64,000 nt of DNA, from positions 102,674,001 to 102,738,000 of the forward strand of contig NC_045697.1 in assembly GCF_009834535.1 (NCBI RefSeq). The letters run 5' to 3'. Each line of letters opens with the position of its first letter. The first letter of the stretch is position 1. This DNA is from Camelus ferus. Its lineage: Eukaryota. Below are positions 52,205-64,000 of the stretch, in pieces. Both the position numbers and the translations under genes were made by a program. The notes below the pieces were generated by a model. The model had not been told where the DNA came from. It ran no database searches and saw only the letters and a list, made by a program, of their open reading frames with translations.

Positions 52205-53145
52205 AAATCAGCTTTACTGAGGTATGATTGACATGCAATTAACTGCACATATTTCAAATGTATAATTTGGTAAATTTTGGTATATGTATATAGCTGTGAA
52301 ACCAGTACCACAGTCAGGATAATGAACATTTCTCTTATCACCACCTCCACCAAAATTCACCCCTTCTCATTTCTCTCTACTCCCTGTCCTATGCAACCAC
52401 TGATATGCTTTCTATCACTTGATAAGTTTGTATTTTCTAGAATTAAAAAAAAAAACAGAATCATACATTATATTCTCTTTTTCTGTATGGCTACTTTCTA
52501 ACAGCATAGTTATTTTGGAAATTTATTGATGTGTTGCATGTATTAATTAAACATACATTTATTTTTATTCCTGAGTAGTATTCTATTATTAGGATCGACC
52601 ACAATTTGCTTGTATATTCTCCTGCTGATCAACACTGAGTTGTTTCCAATTTTTAGGTACTACAAATAAAGCTGCTATGAATATTCATGTGCAAGACTTT
52701 GTACGGACATATGCTTTCTTTTCTCTTGGTGAAATACCTATAAGTTGAATCGCTGGGTCACATAATAGGTGTGTGTTTAACTTCTTAAGATTATCAAACT
52801 GTTTTCCAAAGTGGTTATACATTAATTACATCCTCATCAGCAGTTTGAGGCGAGGTCCGGTCCCTCCATATCTTTGCTAACACTTGCAACTGTCTTTTTA
52901 ATCATAGTCATTCTAGTGGCTGTGAAATGGTATCTCATTGTGATTTTAATTTGCCTTTCATTAACATCCGGTGAAGTTAAGCATCTTTTCATAAGCTTTT
53001 TTGCCAATCATATGTCTTCTCTTGTGAAGTGACTTTAATAAATCTTCTGATCACTTTAATTGGATTGTTTGTCTTCTTCCAGTTAAATGGTAAGAGTTGT
53101 TTATATATTGTAGATACAAATCCTTTATTGACTATATAATTTGCA
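52205..53145 (-). mobile_element. L1 (L1M-type) 3' end
   Basis: cagctttactgaggtatgattgacat...; ORF 52989-53204 contains NKGFVSTIYKQLLPFNWKKTNNPIK (ORF2p). Confidence 0.9.
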
Positions 53146-53267
53146 CTTTTGAAAGAGAGAAATGAAACTGCTTCAGATAATGCTGCTTTGCTAATGTAGC
53201 ACATGGTCTATCTGTACTTCAAATAATTCTTAAGATAAAGGGAAGCATCACCCCCATAATCCTCGGG

Positions 53268-53320
53268 TACCAAATTTCCCATGCCTTAGTGGGAAATTCA
53301 GCTACCAAATTTCCCATGCC
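53268..53320. repeat. 18-bp direct repeat with a central inverted partial copy
   Basis: taccaaatttcccatgcc at 53268-53285 and 53303-53320; tgggaaatt at 53290-53298. Confidence 0.9.
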
Positions 53321-54754
53321 GGCTGGCTTATGAAAAATAGGGAAAAGGAGTAGAAGTAGAAAACATACTGATGTTCTCAACATTCTTCTTAATCCCTCCT
53401 AATTTTAGGAGTTTCTTCGCAAACCATTAGTAGTAGGAAATAGCAGACTGGATCATGTAAATGATAATTAGTTCTCCTCCTTTTTTCTTGTAAGCAAATT
53501 TTTAAAAAGCAGTTAGCAAGTAGTAACATTATTACTAATAAAATCTCCTGTACTTTTTATTAGATTTCTCTGTCTCTTAGACTAAGACCCTGTTATTTAC
53601 ATGGATGTTTTCCTTATCAGACTAACACAGAACATCGAATACAGTGCCAAGTATATATTGCTCTTCTTACTTCCTTGGTTCTCTCCTTTTCTTTTAATTC
53701 CTGTCCATGTGTTTTCCTTCAATCCTCTCTTCTTCTCTTTCCAGCAGCCCACATCTGTACTCAGGAGTAATCTGCTGATCTCGGATGAGCTTTGGTTACA
53801 GACGTTTTGGTGATCATATAGCCACCTACCACGCTTCGTACTTTAAAGACAATGAAATGAAAATGACAGACTCTTTGTGGAACTCATAAAAAGAAGAGCT
53901 GAGATTCTGCTGAGTGAAAAATAAAATCATTTTTAAAATAGTATCCATGTATTAATACTCTGCCAGAATAAACCAAACACATAATTCTTTTTTAAACTTT
54001 GCTAATTTAAGACTTCAGTCTACGCAGTAATGCAAGAACCTCTAAGGAATCTTTCCCAAACAAGAGCCAGTATGAGGAAGTTCTGTGGCTAAAATAATCA
54101 TCCTCCCCAAAAGTACAGATATGCAGGAGGGGGTGAGGGGTGAGGTATTCAGAATCAAACCTACTCATGTTAAACCATGGAAAGAAAACTCGTTTAAGTG
54201 CCTTTAAAATATTGTTATATGTAAAGAACAATTTTATATATTTTTAAAATTTTCATGAGATACATTATCCCTCAGGGAATGCTTCAGTGTCAGACACAAA
54301 TTTGAAACTACTCTATAAGCAGTATTAGAATTAGGATAAACAGTAGATTATATTGGCAATCTCTGACATAGTATCAGGATAAAGACAAACCTAGCACTAA
54401 AAATATTTCATGAAAGTAATTATGACACAATTAATTATATTCCCCAAATCAGAATGGTTCTCATCAGACACCTAATGCTAAGCTTATGTTCACACAGTTT
54501 TTCAAAAGGCCCAATATTAAAAGAAGATTCCTCTGGTTAAAAAATGATGGTAATAATTTTTGCCTATTAAAGATAATATCTTGATAAAACATAGTTTTGT
54601 TCTCAAACACGAGGTAAATCATTACTCTAATACATGATCACTATATGAAATAATTATCCGGTTAGTAAAAAATTGTGTACATCTTTAAAATTTTCAGTTC
54701 AACTGGTTTTCTTTTGGTATAAGAAAAAACTTAATGATTGGCTCAAATTCATTT

Positions 54755-54956
54755 TTAGTAATATAAAATATGTGAGCTTTATTATATGTTAAAGAAAATA
54801 AAGACAGTATGACCCAGAATTTATTAAAGTTACAATAAAACACTTTTCAATGCATACAAAATTGCAAAATAATTGATGTTTATTTCAATAAAGATATCAG
54901 ATTTAATATTTACTGACAAGATAAAGATGTTTAATGACTTTTGTTCTGTTCCAAGG
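54755..54956 (-). other. ANAPC10: ANAPC10 proximal 3' UTR (distal end uncertain)
   Basis: AT-rich unique sequence directly after the stop codon, containing three AATAAA hexamers. Confidence 0.7.
54778..54884 (-). terminator. ANAPC10: Cluster of candidate polyadenylation signals for ANAPC10
   Basis: Plus-strand tttatt (minus-strand AATAAA) at 54879-54884, 54820-54825 and 54778-54783. Confidence 0.65.
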
Positions 54957-55187
54957 TCACCTTATTGAGCGATACATCATGAAGTCAATAGTTGTACATC
55001 TAGGAAATTTACCAATGGAGCTCTCTTCCACTGGTGTGTATATTTTAATTTGTCTCATGTGGGTGTCTCTTCCATTTTGGTGATTGGCTAAAACAGCAAT
55101 CTGTATCATGAATGTGCGAGTTGGCTTCTTGTGATTATCGGTTAAGGGAACGTGAATCCAGCCACTTGGTTCCACCAATTCAAGTTG
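54957..55187 (-). CDS. ANAPC10: Anaphase-promoting complex subunit 10 (APC10/DOC1), terminal coding exon (76 aa + stop); upstream exons lie beyond the window
   Basis: Translates to QLELVEPSGWIHVPLTDNHKKPTRTFMIQIAVLANHQNGRDTHMRQIKIYTPVEESSIGKFPRCTTIDFMMYRSIR*, the recognisable APC10 C-terminus with the NHQNGRDTH motif and IR tail. Phase-0 start after an AG acceptor (plus-strand ctg at 55188-55190); TGA at 54957-54959. Confidence 0.97.
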   Translation of the reverse strand, partial: QLELVEPSGWIHVPLTDNHKKPTRTFMIQIAVLANHQNGRDTHMRQIKIYTPVEESSIGKFPRCTTIDFMMYRSIR

Positions 55188-55209
55188 CTGCCAAGAAAAG
55201 AAAAGTCAG
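55188..55209 (-). promoter_or_regulatory. ANAPC10: 3' splice site of ANAPC10 last intron (branch point, polypyrimidine tract, CAG)
   Basis: Minus strand reads CTGAC-TTTTCTTTTCTTGG-CAG|CAA. The putative branch A (55206) is 19 nt upstream of the exon. Confidence 0.9.
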
Positions 55210-56061
55210 ATTATGTTTTCACCCAATGAATATAATTTCTTATAATGAATGTATTCTAAAGTTGGCTTATAAGTAACATTTTGCTCACTCAGAGCATGAC
55301 AACGTAATAAACATTACTAGTTACTGGGCACTTTTACCATGGTCCATTTTCACAGTTGTTAATAAGCACTTTACATGTACCATCTTAGCAGACAAAAAGA
55401 GAATTATTTGCAATCTTAGTATTTACAGAAACTTATGTAACATACAAGCTTAGATTTGCACATGTGTAAATGTATAGCCCCAATGGAAGACCATGCTGAT
55501 ACAAGAAAAGACTCTATATGCTTAGAACATATAATACTTCTGATATATTTTATTTCAAGGATCATGCCTAAAATATCCAAACTCACATAACAACAAATCA
55601 CATTCTATATAAACTGTAAGAATACTAACAAAAGAAAATCAGTCATTACACAAACATCAGTTTTCTTTCTTGAAAAATAGTGATTTATGTAGTCTGAATG
55701 ACAATCTAAACCTACAATCTACATTTTTAATGCTTTTCAATAAAAAATGCCACATAATTTTTTTTAAATTTTCATTTTATTTTAACCAAGAGTCCAAATA
55801 CCTTTCCTCAACAAGGGAAGGAAAATTGTAAGTCAAAAAAGTAAACCTAAATTTCCAAAATTTTTCCTAAAGTTACAAAATAGTTTTTAAAAAACAAATA
55901 GTGATTTTTAAATTACCTGAATTACTGAACACATGAAAGATATGCACCACAGAAAATACAGGTTTATCTATCAGCCCAGCCCAAGGGCAATGAGTGTCAA
56001 AGAATCTAAACTGGATTCCATGAGTTACTCTAGAAAAACAATTAAATGAACACCACTGTTA

Positions 56062-56175
56062 TCTTCTTTTTCTCCCCTCCCTTCTTTCCTTCCTTTTTCT
56101 TCTTTTCTTCTTTCATTCTTCTTTTTCTTTCTTTCTTTCCTTTCTATTTTACTGTTTCTTTCCTTTCATTTTTTA
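56062..56175. repeat. CT-rich low-complexity tract
   Basis: About 110 nt, almost entirely pyrimidine on the plus strand. Confidence 0.85.
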
Positions 56176-56299
56176 TAAATAAGGAGGGTGGTTAGACAAA
56201 AGTAGAGATGGCCAAGAGACAGAGAATTGGAATCTTTAAAAGGTAGCTATTTTTAAGATGGAATAATTTTCTCCTTTTAATTACAAAATATATTAATAA

Positions 56300-56516
56300 A
56301 TGAATCTCACAAACTACTGTATATAAAATAGACAAACAATAGCACAGTGAACTATATTCAAGTTCTCATAACCACCTATAATGAAATATGTGTATATATA
56401 TATATACACACATACACACACACACATACACACACACACACATATAACTGAATCACTATGCTATATACCAGAAAATAACACAACATTGTAAATCAACTAT
56501 ACTTCAATTAAAAAGA
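56300..56516 (+). mobile_element. L1 3'-end fragment with internal (TA)n(CA)n microsatellite
   Basis: atagcacagtgaactatattcaa...ataactgaatcactatgctatataccagaaaataacacaacattgtaaatcaactatacttcaattaaaaag. Confidence 0.88.
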
Positions 56517-56873
56517 AATTTTTTTAGGTGAATCTCTAGCCCTCATGGTATTTTCAGTCAGTGGCTTTTTATAAACACCACTAGCACTAACTTAAAATAA
56601 GTGAGTCAGAGGCTAGGTATATCTGGTTTCTATCAATAACCTTTTAATCATTCAGGCAATAGTAACTGAGTACTTAAAGTGCTCAAAGTATTATTGTAAG
56701 TATAGTTTAGCATACAAAACATAAATAAGGCCTTGTTCCAAACCATAAAAAAGTGTAGATAAACAACCTCTGGTTTCATTCAGTTTCTTCATGTATAAAG
56801 GGAAGGGATGGGACAAGTTTTCATCCAATGTCCCTTTCAGCTCTGACATTCAATGATTCGCAATAAAAGTAGA

Positions 56874-57135
56874 TGTGGTAGGCAGAATAATGGACCCCCA
56901 GAAATGTCCACGTCCTTCCACAGATCCCTTGAATATGTTAACTTACATGGCAAAGGGTCTCTGCTTATGTGATTAAGTTAAAGATGTGGGGAATGGAAGA
57001 TTATCCTGGATTACATGGGTGGGCCCAATGTAATCACAATGGTCATCAAAAGAGAATGGCAGGAGAAACAGAAAAGGAGATGGGATGATGGAAGCAAAAT
57101 TGAATAATGCAACCACAAGCCAAGGAATGCTGTCT
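56874..57135 (+). mobile_element. MLT1 (MLT1D/E-like) LTR, 5' part
   Basis: tgtggtaggcagaataatggaccc...gattatcctggattacatgggtgggcccaatgtaatcaca...aagccaaggaatgc. Confidence 0.85.
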
Positions 57136-57669
57136 AGGACCCAGGTCCTACTATTCTTTCATTCTTCCAGTGTGGATGGGTTAGCACTGTCCTCAAGCTT
57201 AGCTTCCCTTATAGTCACCAGATGGCTGCAGCTGTCTTCCAGAGGCAGAAATCAAGTACTGTTCCCCTCTTCAATCCCCTTTTTAAGAACAAGCATTCCT
57301 CCCAGAAGCTCTTATTAAATATCCATGCCTAAGTCAACCAACAGAGAAGTGGGTCCAACATGATTGGTTGGCTCAATTAGGACTCAATCCCTGGGGCTGG
57401 GGATGGGTGGCAGCACATGGCCACTTTCTGGAGGGTAAGGAGATGAATAAAACTGGAGTTTCTTCAGGAGAAGGTAATGGATAATGGATATTGAGTAGAA
57501 AACTAACATCTACAGTGAAGAACTGATGGATTGATCTAAAAACAGCACTACAACACTGGTTGATTAAATAAAAATTTAGACATTAACTTTATATCACACC
57601 CAAAAGTAAATTCTTAATAATTAAATAGCTATATAAGTTAATAATCACAACAAAAACCTACAAGAGTAT

Positions 57670-58308
57670 TAGAAACCCTACTTCAAAAAGATACCTGCAC
57701 CCCAATGTTCATAGCAGCACTATTTACAATAGCCAAGACATGAATACAATGTAAATGCCCATCAACAGGTGACTGGATAAAGAAGTTGTGGTATATTTAT
57801 ACAATGGAATACTACTCAGCCATAAAAATGATAAAATAATGCCATTTGCAGCAACATGGATGACCCTGAAGAATGTCATTCTAAGTGAAGTAAGCCAGAA
57901 AGAGAAAGAAAAATACCATATATCACTCATATGTGGAATCTTAAAAAAAAAAAAAAAGCCAAATGAACTTATATATAAAACAGAAACAGACTCACAGACA
58001 TAGAATACAGACTTGTGGTTGCCAGGAGGGAGAAGGGTGGGAAGGGATAATCTGGGAGTTTGAGATTTGCAGATATTGACTGGTATATATAAAACAGATA
58101 AAGAACTTTATACTGTATAGCACAGGAAAATATACTCAGTATCTTGTAGTAGCTCACGGGGAAAAGGAATATGAAAATGAATATATGTATATTCATGTAT
58201 GACTGAAGAGTGGTGCTATACAACAGAAAATGACACACTGTAAACTGACTATAACTCAATAACAAATAAAAAATAAATAAAATAAATAAAATAAAATAAA
58301 ATAAAAGA
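57670..58308 (+). mobile_element. Relatively young 5'-truncated L1 (ORF2 C-terminus, 3' UTR, (AAAAT)n tail)
   Basis: tgcaccccaatgttcatagcagcactatttacaatagccaagaca encodes CTPMFIAALFTIAKT; then WIKKLWYIYTMEYYSAIK; tail at 58258-58308. Confidence 0.93.
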
Positions 58309-58311
58309 AGT

Positions 58312-58495
58312 AGATCCTCCAGTCCCCGTCAGCCTAACCGATATACAAATGCAACTGGGTGAAGACTTCAAGACAGAAATGCCCAGCCATGCTCTTTCCA
58401 AATACCTGAACAGAAACCATGAGGGTGGTAAGTGACTGCTACTGATAAATATCACTAAGTTTTGGTGTGATTTGTTAGGCAGCGATAGTAAAGCA
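58312..58495 (+). mobile_element. MLT1 LTR 3' part
   Basis: cagaaaccatgag...cactaagttttggtgtgatttgttaggcagcgatag. Confidence 0.7.
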
Positions 58496-58919
58496 GTGAT
58501 TAATTATAGTCCATCTATACCCTGGAATATACTCTATGGTAATTCAAAATGATATGTCTCTACATATATTTGCAGTTATTTGCAGCTATCTCTTGTTAGT
58601 TTTAAAAAGCGAAGTACCAAGGAACATGTGTTGCATCATCTTCTATATATCTTCTATATATATAAAAATAGTGTTTCTGTATGGATAGAGAAGTCTGAAA
58701 GGATATTCACCAAAATAAAAATAGGAAATATCTATAACAGTGAGAATATGGATCATTCTTATTTTATTGCTTATGTATTATTATCTATGCTTCTCTCAAT
58801 AAACATGAATTTATCTTATTAAAAAAAATCTATTTTTAGTTTGGTGGTGGTTGGAGAAGGACTCAAAAAAAGAAAAGTTTTCAGAAAGTTTCAGTACCTG
58901 GTTTTAACATCCCATTGAC

Positions 58920-60100
58920 TGTATTCCATTCCTCCACTAATAGAATCCTCCTTCTTGGTGACTTCAACATCCATAGAGACGATCCTTTAATGACTCGAAT
59001 TCTCCATTCTTCAACTTCTTCACTACCAACAATTTTTACCTCCGCTCCGCTTCAGCCAACCCCCACCCCCCACAGTCATGTTCTATATCTGATGATGAGC
59101 CGTAGCTGCAAGATCGCTGAAATCCTGACTTCAAGCATACCCATCTCTACCACCTCCTGAAGTCACCAGCTTTCTCTAGGGACCCCACTGCCATAGCATC
59201 AATCCTAACCAAACAGCTGAACTATGGATTTCATCCACTTTTTTACTGTTCATTAACCCACTCAGTATCTTCAGTTCCCACTTTACCTCCTTAATACCCC
59301 ATAATTCATTATGATAATCAATCCTTTCATGTACAGAAATGCAATGTTCCTCTCTCACTGTTTCATTATTTTCCTGAGGAAAAAAACAATCCTGGTTAAA
59401 CCCAACTCCCTTCCTATTCAATGCCTACTGGAGAAAAATAACATGCTGACTGGTTGGTTCTCACTTCAACACAAGTGTGTTTATTCAAGCATACATGTAG
59501 TGCCATGTAAAATGCTTACTATATTCCTTCAGAAAATTTGCTTCCCCTGTGTCTGGGATAGCTATTTCTGAGCTTCTCCTCAAATCCTAACACCTGCTCT
59601 AATCTCTCTCTGGCCTGATATCTGATTTCACTACGAAAATAAAAGCAATTAGGAAAAAAAACCCCACCAAAACTACCATCTTCCCATCAGCTGTTATACT
59701 GTAGTTAAACCGCCCCTGCACCTTTATGAGGCTAGTTCTCCCACCTGCTCAACATCAACAGATCCCATCCTTTCTTTCCCAGCCAAAGACTCTGCTCGAC
59801 CATAATTTTCTCTCCAAATCATTTTCTCTTCTCCATTGGATCACTGTTATCAGCATACAAACATGCCATATTTGTTATCTTAAAAATTAAAAACAAAACC
59901 CTTTTGTAATCCTATGTCCTCCTCCACATACTGCCCCAATTCTGTTTTTTTTTTTTTTCACAACAAAACTCCTTTAAAAGTTAAAAAAAATTTTTTCACC
60001 TGCTAGTTATCTCTAAGCCACTCCAATTTGAATTTTGTCCTCACCACTGAAACCAATCTTGTCAAAGTCACCAGTGACCCCCACCTTGCCAAATCAACTC
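58920..60100 (+). mobile_element. L2 LINE ORF2 remnant including endonuclease region
   Basis: ORF 58915-59160 retains ILLLGDFNIH (APE-endonuclease GDFN motif); downstream caccactgaaaccaatcttgtcaaagtcaccagtgacc corresponds to the L2 RT (S)TETALxKVTND region. Confidence 0.75.
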
Positions 60101-60407
60101 TCTCTCAGAATAGTTCTTTGATAGTTTATTTCTGGATTCTGGATTTCACTTAATGATATGCCTGATGATGGCTTATTTATATTCAAAAGTTTAAGGCTCT
60201 TAAAGTTTTATATAATATTGTAGCTTAAACATAGTTTTCTACACAAAATATATAACACAGTTTATTAAAGATAGTAAGAGAATTTGTAAGTGACAGATAA
60301 TAACTGGTAATTCAGTAAAGACATAAATTTAAAGATGAATAAAGTTAAGACTCATTTTAATGCTGAGCTAAATAGGATACTTGAAATTATGTGCTTAAAA
60401 ATATATC

Positions 60408-60627
60408 TACCTGAGTGCGCTTGGCAGTGGATCCTTCCCCAGTTGAGTCTGTGATGAGACCGCAACTCTGGACAACAGCTTGATTGCAGCCCTGTAAGAT
60501 CCTGAACAGAGGATGCAGCTAAGCTATGCCTAGACTCCTGACTCACTGAAACTGTGAGATAATATGTATGCATTGTATTAGGCCACTAAGTTTGTGCTAA
60601 CTTTCTTACACAGCAATAGAAAACACA
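60408..60627 (+). mobile_element. MLT1 LTR 3' part
   Basis: cagcttgattgcagccc...gactcctgactcactgaaactgtgagataa...ccactaagtttgtg...acagcaatagaaaac. Confidence 0.85.
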
Positions 60628-62084
60628 AGGGTAGCAGATAAATAATCAATATTGAAAATTTCATATAAGACTGGTGAAAATTCTGCATTAAAAAATGTCT
60701 AGAGCTTTACAAGTGTTTATAACTAACCCAGATATAAGAAGCTGAGACAATTCTTAATGTTAATTTGAAATAAATATGACTTCAACATTCCATTGCACTT
60801 CATTTCATTACTTGACCATGGTCTTGTTCAGTCAATTTAATTAGTTACTTGTAAAATACTTGTTTTAGGGGCAACCTACATAGGAGGTATTTCATCCAGT
60901 GGAGGAGAAGCCATGTGATGGACCACAGCATCAGCACCATGCCAGCCCAAAGCCTACCACCAAGTCATTTCTGAGTAGGAGCTGCCACCTTTCCCTCAGT
61001 ATTTCTTCCTTGGTATCAGCCACTAACAGTGAAAACTGGATGTAAATACAACCCATTAGAGTTTCTCTATGAAGGTATCTCTCAGCCTGGCTCCACGATG
61101 TTCTGCTTCCTGTTAGCAAACTCTAAGTCACTACCCTCTACTCCAGCTATGATTTATTTAAGGGTATCCTCCAAGGATGCTTTGATTTAAAGTATTATCT
61201 CCACCATAAATAAAGTTTACATTTAAAAAAATACAGAAGTCATCTGTTAATAAAAATCATGTCGGATATTAAATACAAAGCTGTTTACATGTCCTTTCCT
61301 ATTGCTAATCACATATCCCTGGAAAATAAATGGAAGAAGGAAAAGTATTGATAGTGGCTTTGAGATAGTTGTTCTCTATTCTCCACTCTAACTACCTGCT
61401 ACTCCTTCATTAACCATGAAATCTTACGGAATCTCAATATGAGAACTGTTAACAAATGAAACAGACGATTCTAGCATTTTAAGCATCCTTTCACTCAGGA
61501 AGGAACAGAATCAGTTAACAGCAATGGTGACCTACTTGTAGAGAAAGAAAGTTTAATATGATCCAAAAGAAACTTCAGAAGTTCCAAATGTGTTAAAAGT
61601 AAGGATACCACAAAGGCAGCTGAACAAGAAAGACAGAATCCAACTCAAAGAGCTCACTATGGAAAGCAAGCTCTTTTGCCCTAGTGAAGAAAGTGACCAC
61701 CTCAGAAGGTCACTTTGAGGTTGAAATCAGTCACCCTGCTACAGAGGGTCAAGACATTAATTCTGGACTTGTAAGTCTGAAAAAGTTTTTATATAGAGAA
61801 GTTCACTCCAGAAAGAGTTCCTGGAGAGTTAAGATTGTACAGTTTAATAGTTACCTATTTAAAAAGAGGCATAACAAGAGATAAGACCTACAGACAGAGT
61901 GTTCTACTAATCTACATGAAGAATTCTGAATAAATTTGAAGTCAATGGCAATTAAAAACAACAATTTAATCTAAGGCCAAAATGGTAAAGAAATGTTAAG
62001 AAGAAATTGCAGAAAATCTTTAGATGACAACAACAACTAGTACTACTACCCAAGTTAACTAGACTTAACTACCATTAAAAAGAA

Positions 62085-62370
62085 AACCAGGTAAGATAAG
62101 TAAGTACTAGGGATATAATGGATAGCATGACGACCACAGCTAACACTGATGTATGATATACAGGAAAGTTGTTAAGAGAGTAGATCCTAAGAGTTCTCAT
62201 CAGAAAGAGAACTTTTTTTCTTTTTTATTGTATCTACATGAGATGATGGATGTTAACCAAATCTATTGTGGTAATCATTTCACAACATAAGTAAATCAAA
62301 CCATCATGCTGTACACCTTAAACTTATACAGTGATGTATGCCAATTATTTCTCAATAAAACTGGAAAAGA
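62085..62370 (+). mobile_element. L1 3'-end fragment
   Basis: aagataagtaagtactagggatataatg...gagagtagatcctaagagttctcatca...caccttaaacttatacagtg...tctcaataaaactggaaaa. Confidence 0.88.
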
Positions 62371-62739
62371 ATAATTATGTCCTTTCAAGACAAAAAACAG
62401 TAAATATAAATACATACATACAGAATAAAATTATGCTATAGTTCTATTGTAAAAAGAGGAATAAAAGTCTAAGTAATGAATAATCAAGAAATGACAGCAA
62501 CAGATAATAAATTTAGGAAAGAACATCAGACAAAGAAGACCAAGATCTGAATTTCACTTCTGTTCTTGAGTTTAAGCAAATTATTTCTCCTTGCTAGACC
62601 TTCACTTCTCCATCTATTAGGCTAAATCATATAACATTGTCATTTTTGTAGGTCAAAAGTAAAATCAGGAAAATTTAATTCCCATATAATTTTTATACTT
62701 TCCTCATAGGAATGCTCTAAGGTTACAAGGTAGTATAAA

Positions 62740-63085
62740 TTTCACTATTGCTAAATCCACAAGATGCTTTTCACTTCAAACCTTCCTATTTTTTCTACAT
62801 AATTTGATGCAACCTCTTCTTTGAAATGTTCTCTTCCCGTGGTCTCTGTGACTTCACCTTCTTCAGATATTCCTCTACCTTTCTCATCTCTTTTTTTGTC
62901 TCTCTCTGGAAACTCCTCTATCCATTACTTAAACGTTGCCTTCCTCACAGTTTTGACCTAAAACTAGTCTCACAATATAGAGTTTGATCTACACAACTGT
63001 CCTAAACCACTGTATCCAGACCCATGACTTCAGAAACCTTAAGTGGCTATGTGCTGATGATTCAAAATTTTGTATCTCCTTTTTA
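62740..63085 (+). mobile_element. L2 LINE fragment
   Basis: ttgctaaatcc...cttctttgaaatgttctcttccc...ttcctctacc...tatgtgctgatgattcaaaatt (YADD-type codons). Confidence 0.65.
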
Positions 63086-64000
63086 AGAGGTAACTTCTAA
63101 AGGTACTAAGAAAAGACAAGGTTATCTACAGAAGGCAAGGCAAGACAGAAAGATTCCATGATAAAAGCCACCCAAAGAGTTCTGGACTTTAAATATATTT
63201 CTTTTAAATTAGTTTGAGGCAGACAGTGTTCCTTCTAAGAATAACTACAGGTAAAATTTTTTAATCATCATTTTAGAGTAATTAGAGAGCTGCTAAAACA
63301 AAGAGGACTAGAGGACGCTAGGGTTCTGGGGAGGAGAGAACCTCAGAGAGGTTACTTGTCTTTTGGAACCCACTTTAACCACGGGGGCATTTGTTGACTC
63401 CAGGATGGGGTAAGATGCTAAGAATCATGGTTTTGCCCAGATAGACAGCTGCTTCTTGAAGTCAGAGAAACATGAAGAACCATTATGAGTGGTCTTTTAG
63501 AAAAGATACAGAGGCTTGAAGAACTTTAAGCACACAGCCTATTTTCTGCTCAAAATATTTGCCATGTTGTGAAGTTGTCTGGAATGGGAGGATGAAGGGA
63601 TAAGTGAGGGGTCTCTTAGAAGTAGAGTTTCTGGAAATCTCTCAGGGCTGAGGAAACAAGTCCTAAAATGTAGAACTTGCCCAGTGAGCACATGAGGCTA
63701 CCCAAACGACAGCCCTGAGTGGCTATGACATGGCAGTATTAAGGAAGAGGCAGGTGGAACCTTATCAAAGCTGCAACACAGCCTCAAATCAACTCAACTC
63801 AGAGACTGAGAGGAGTACAGTTTCTCGGTCTGTCTGCCTAGTTCAGGAATGAGCAAATTCTCTCTAGAGAAAGAAAACAGCATTGAGAGCAGCACTGTCC
63901 TATTGAAAGATACTGTAGGTCACAAATGTGAGCCATGTATGAAGTTTCACATTTCTAAAAGCTACATTTTAAAAACTTTGAAGAAATAGGTCAAATTAAT

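Larger units (their letters stand above)
55188..64000 (-). other. ANAPC10: ANAPC10 last intron (partial; runs off the window)
   Basis: Lies upstream of the acceptor. No further APC10-coding sequence is seen in the ORF track, and the segment is filled with repeats. Confidence 0.85.

Noticed and set aside
122..54231. The many 60-166 aa ORFs in the supplied track outside the ANAPC10 exon
   Set aside because: Short, often with non-ATG starts, low-complexity or inside repeats. No recognisable cellular protein motif or consistent exon structure.
58915..59160. ORF with a GDFN endonuclease motif as a possible novel nuclease
   Set aside because: Remnant of L2 ORF2 within a decayed L2 element.
1..64000. 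CRISPR arrays, operons or prokaryotic defence systems
   Set aside because: The sequence is mammalian, with no repeat-spacer arrays or dense coding. The direct repeats seen have only two copies.

Overview
Mammalian genomic DNA, AT-rich, CpG-poor and repeat-dense. Two tRNA-derived SINEs resembling camelid Vic-1 suggest alpaca, llama or camel (inference). The only protein-coding sequence I can support is the terminal coding exon of ANAPC10 (APC10/DOC1) on the minus strand at 54957-55187, with an intact branch point and acceptor, a TGA stop and clustered poly(A) signals. Positions 55188-64000 are its last intron. Positions 1-~54700 are gene-poor sequence 3' of ANAPC10. If human gene order is conserved, this is the HHIP-ANAPC10 interval, but HHIP itself is not visible here. 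Much of the window is decayed L1, L2, CR1/L3, MIR, MaLR/ERV LTR and hAT-type DNA transposon sequence. Boundaries are approximate and subfamily names come from my memory of consensus sequences, not from a search. I found no convincing new protein-coding system. The best leads are non-coding: two perfect GLI sites plus near-matches in repeat-free blocks, a CpG-retaining enhancer-like block, a two-state CpG-rich hairpin, a dimeric L1-tail insertion inside one 14-bp TSD, and a direct-inverted-direct micro-rearrangement with paired-CSL-site geometry.
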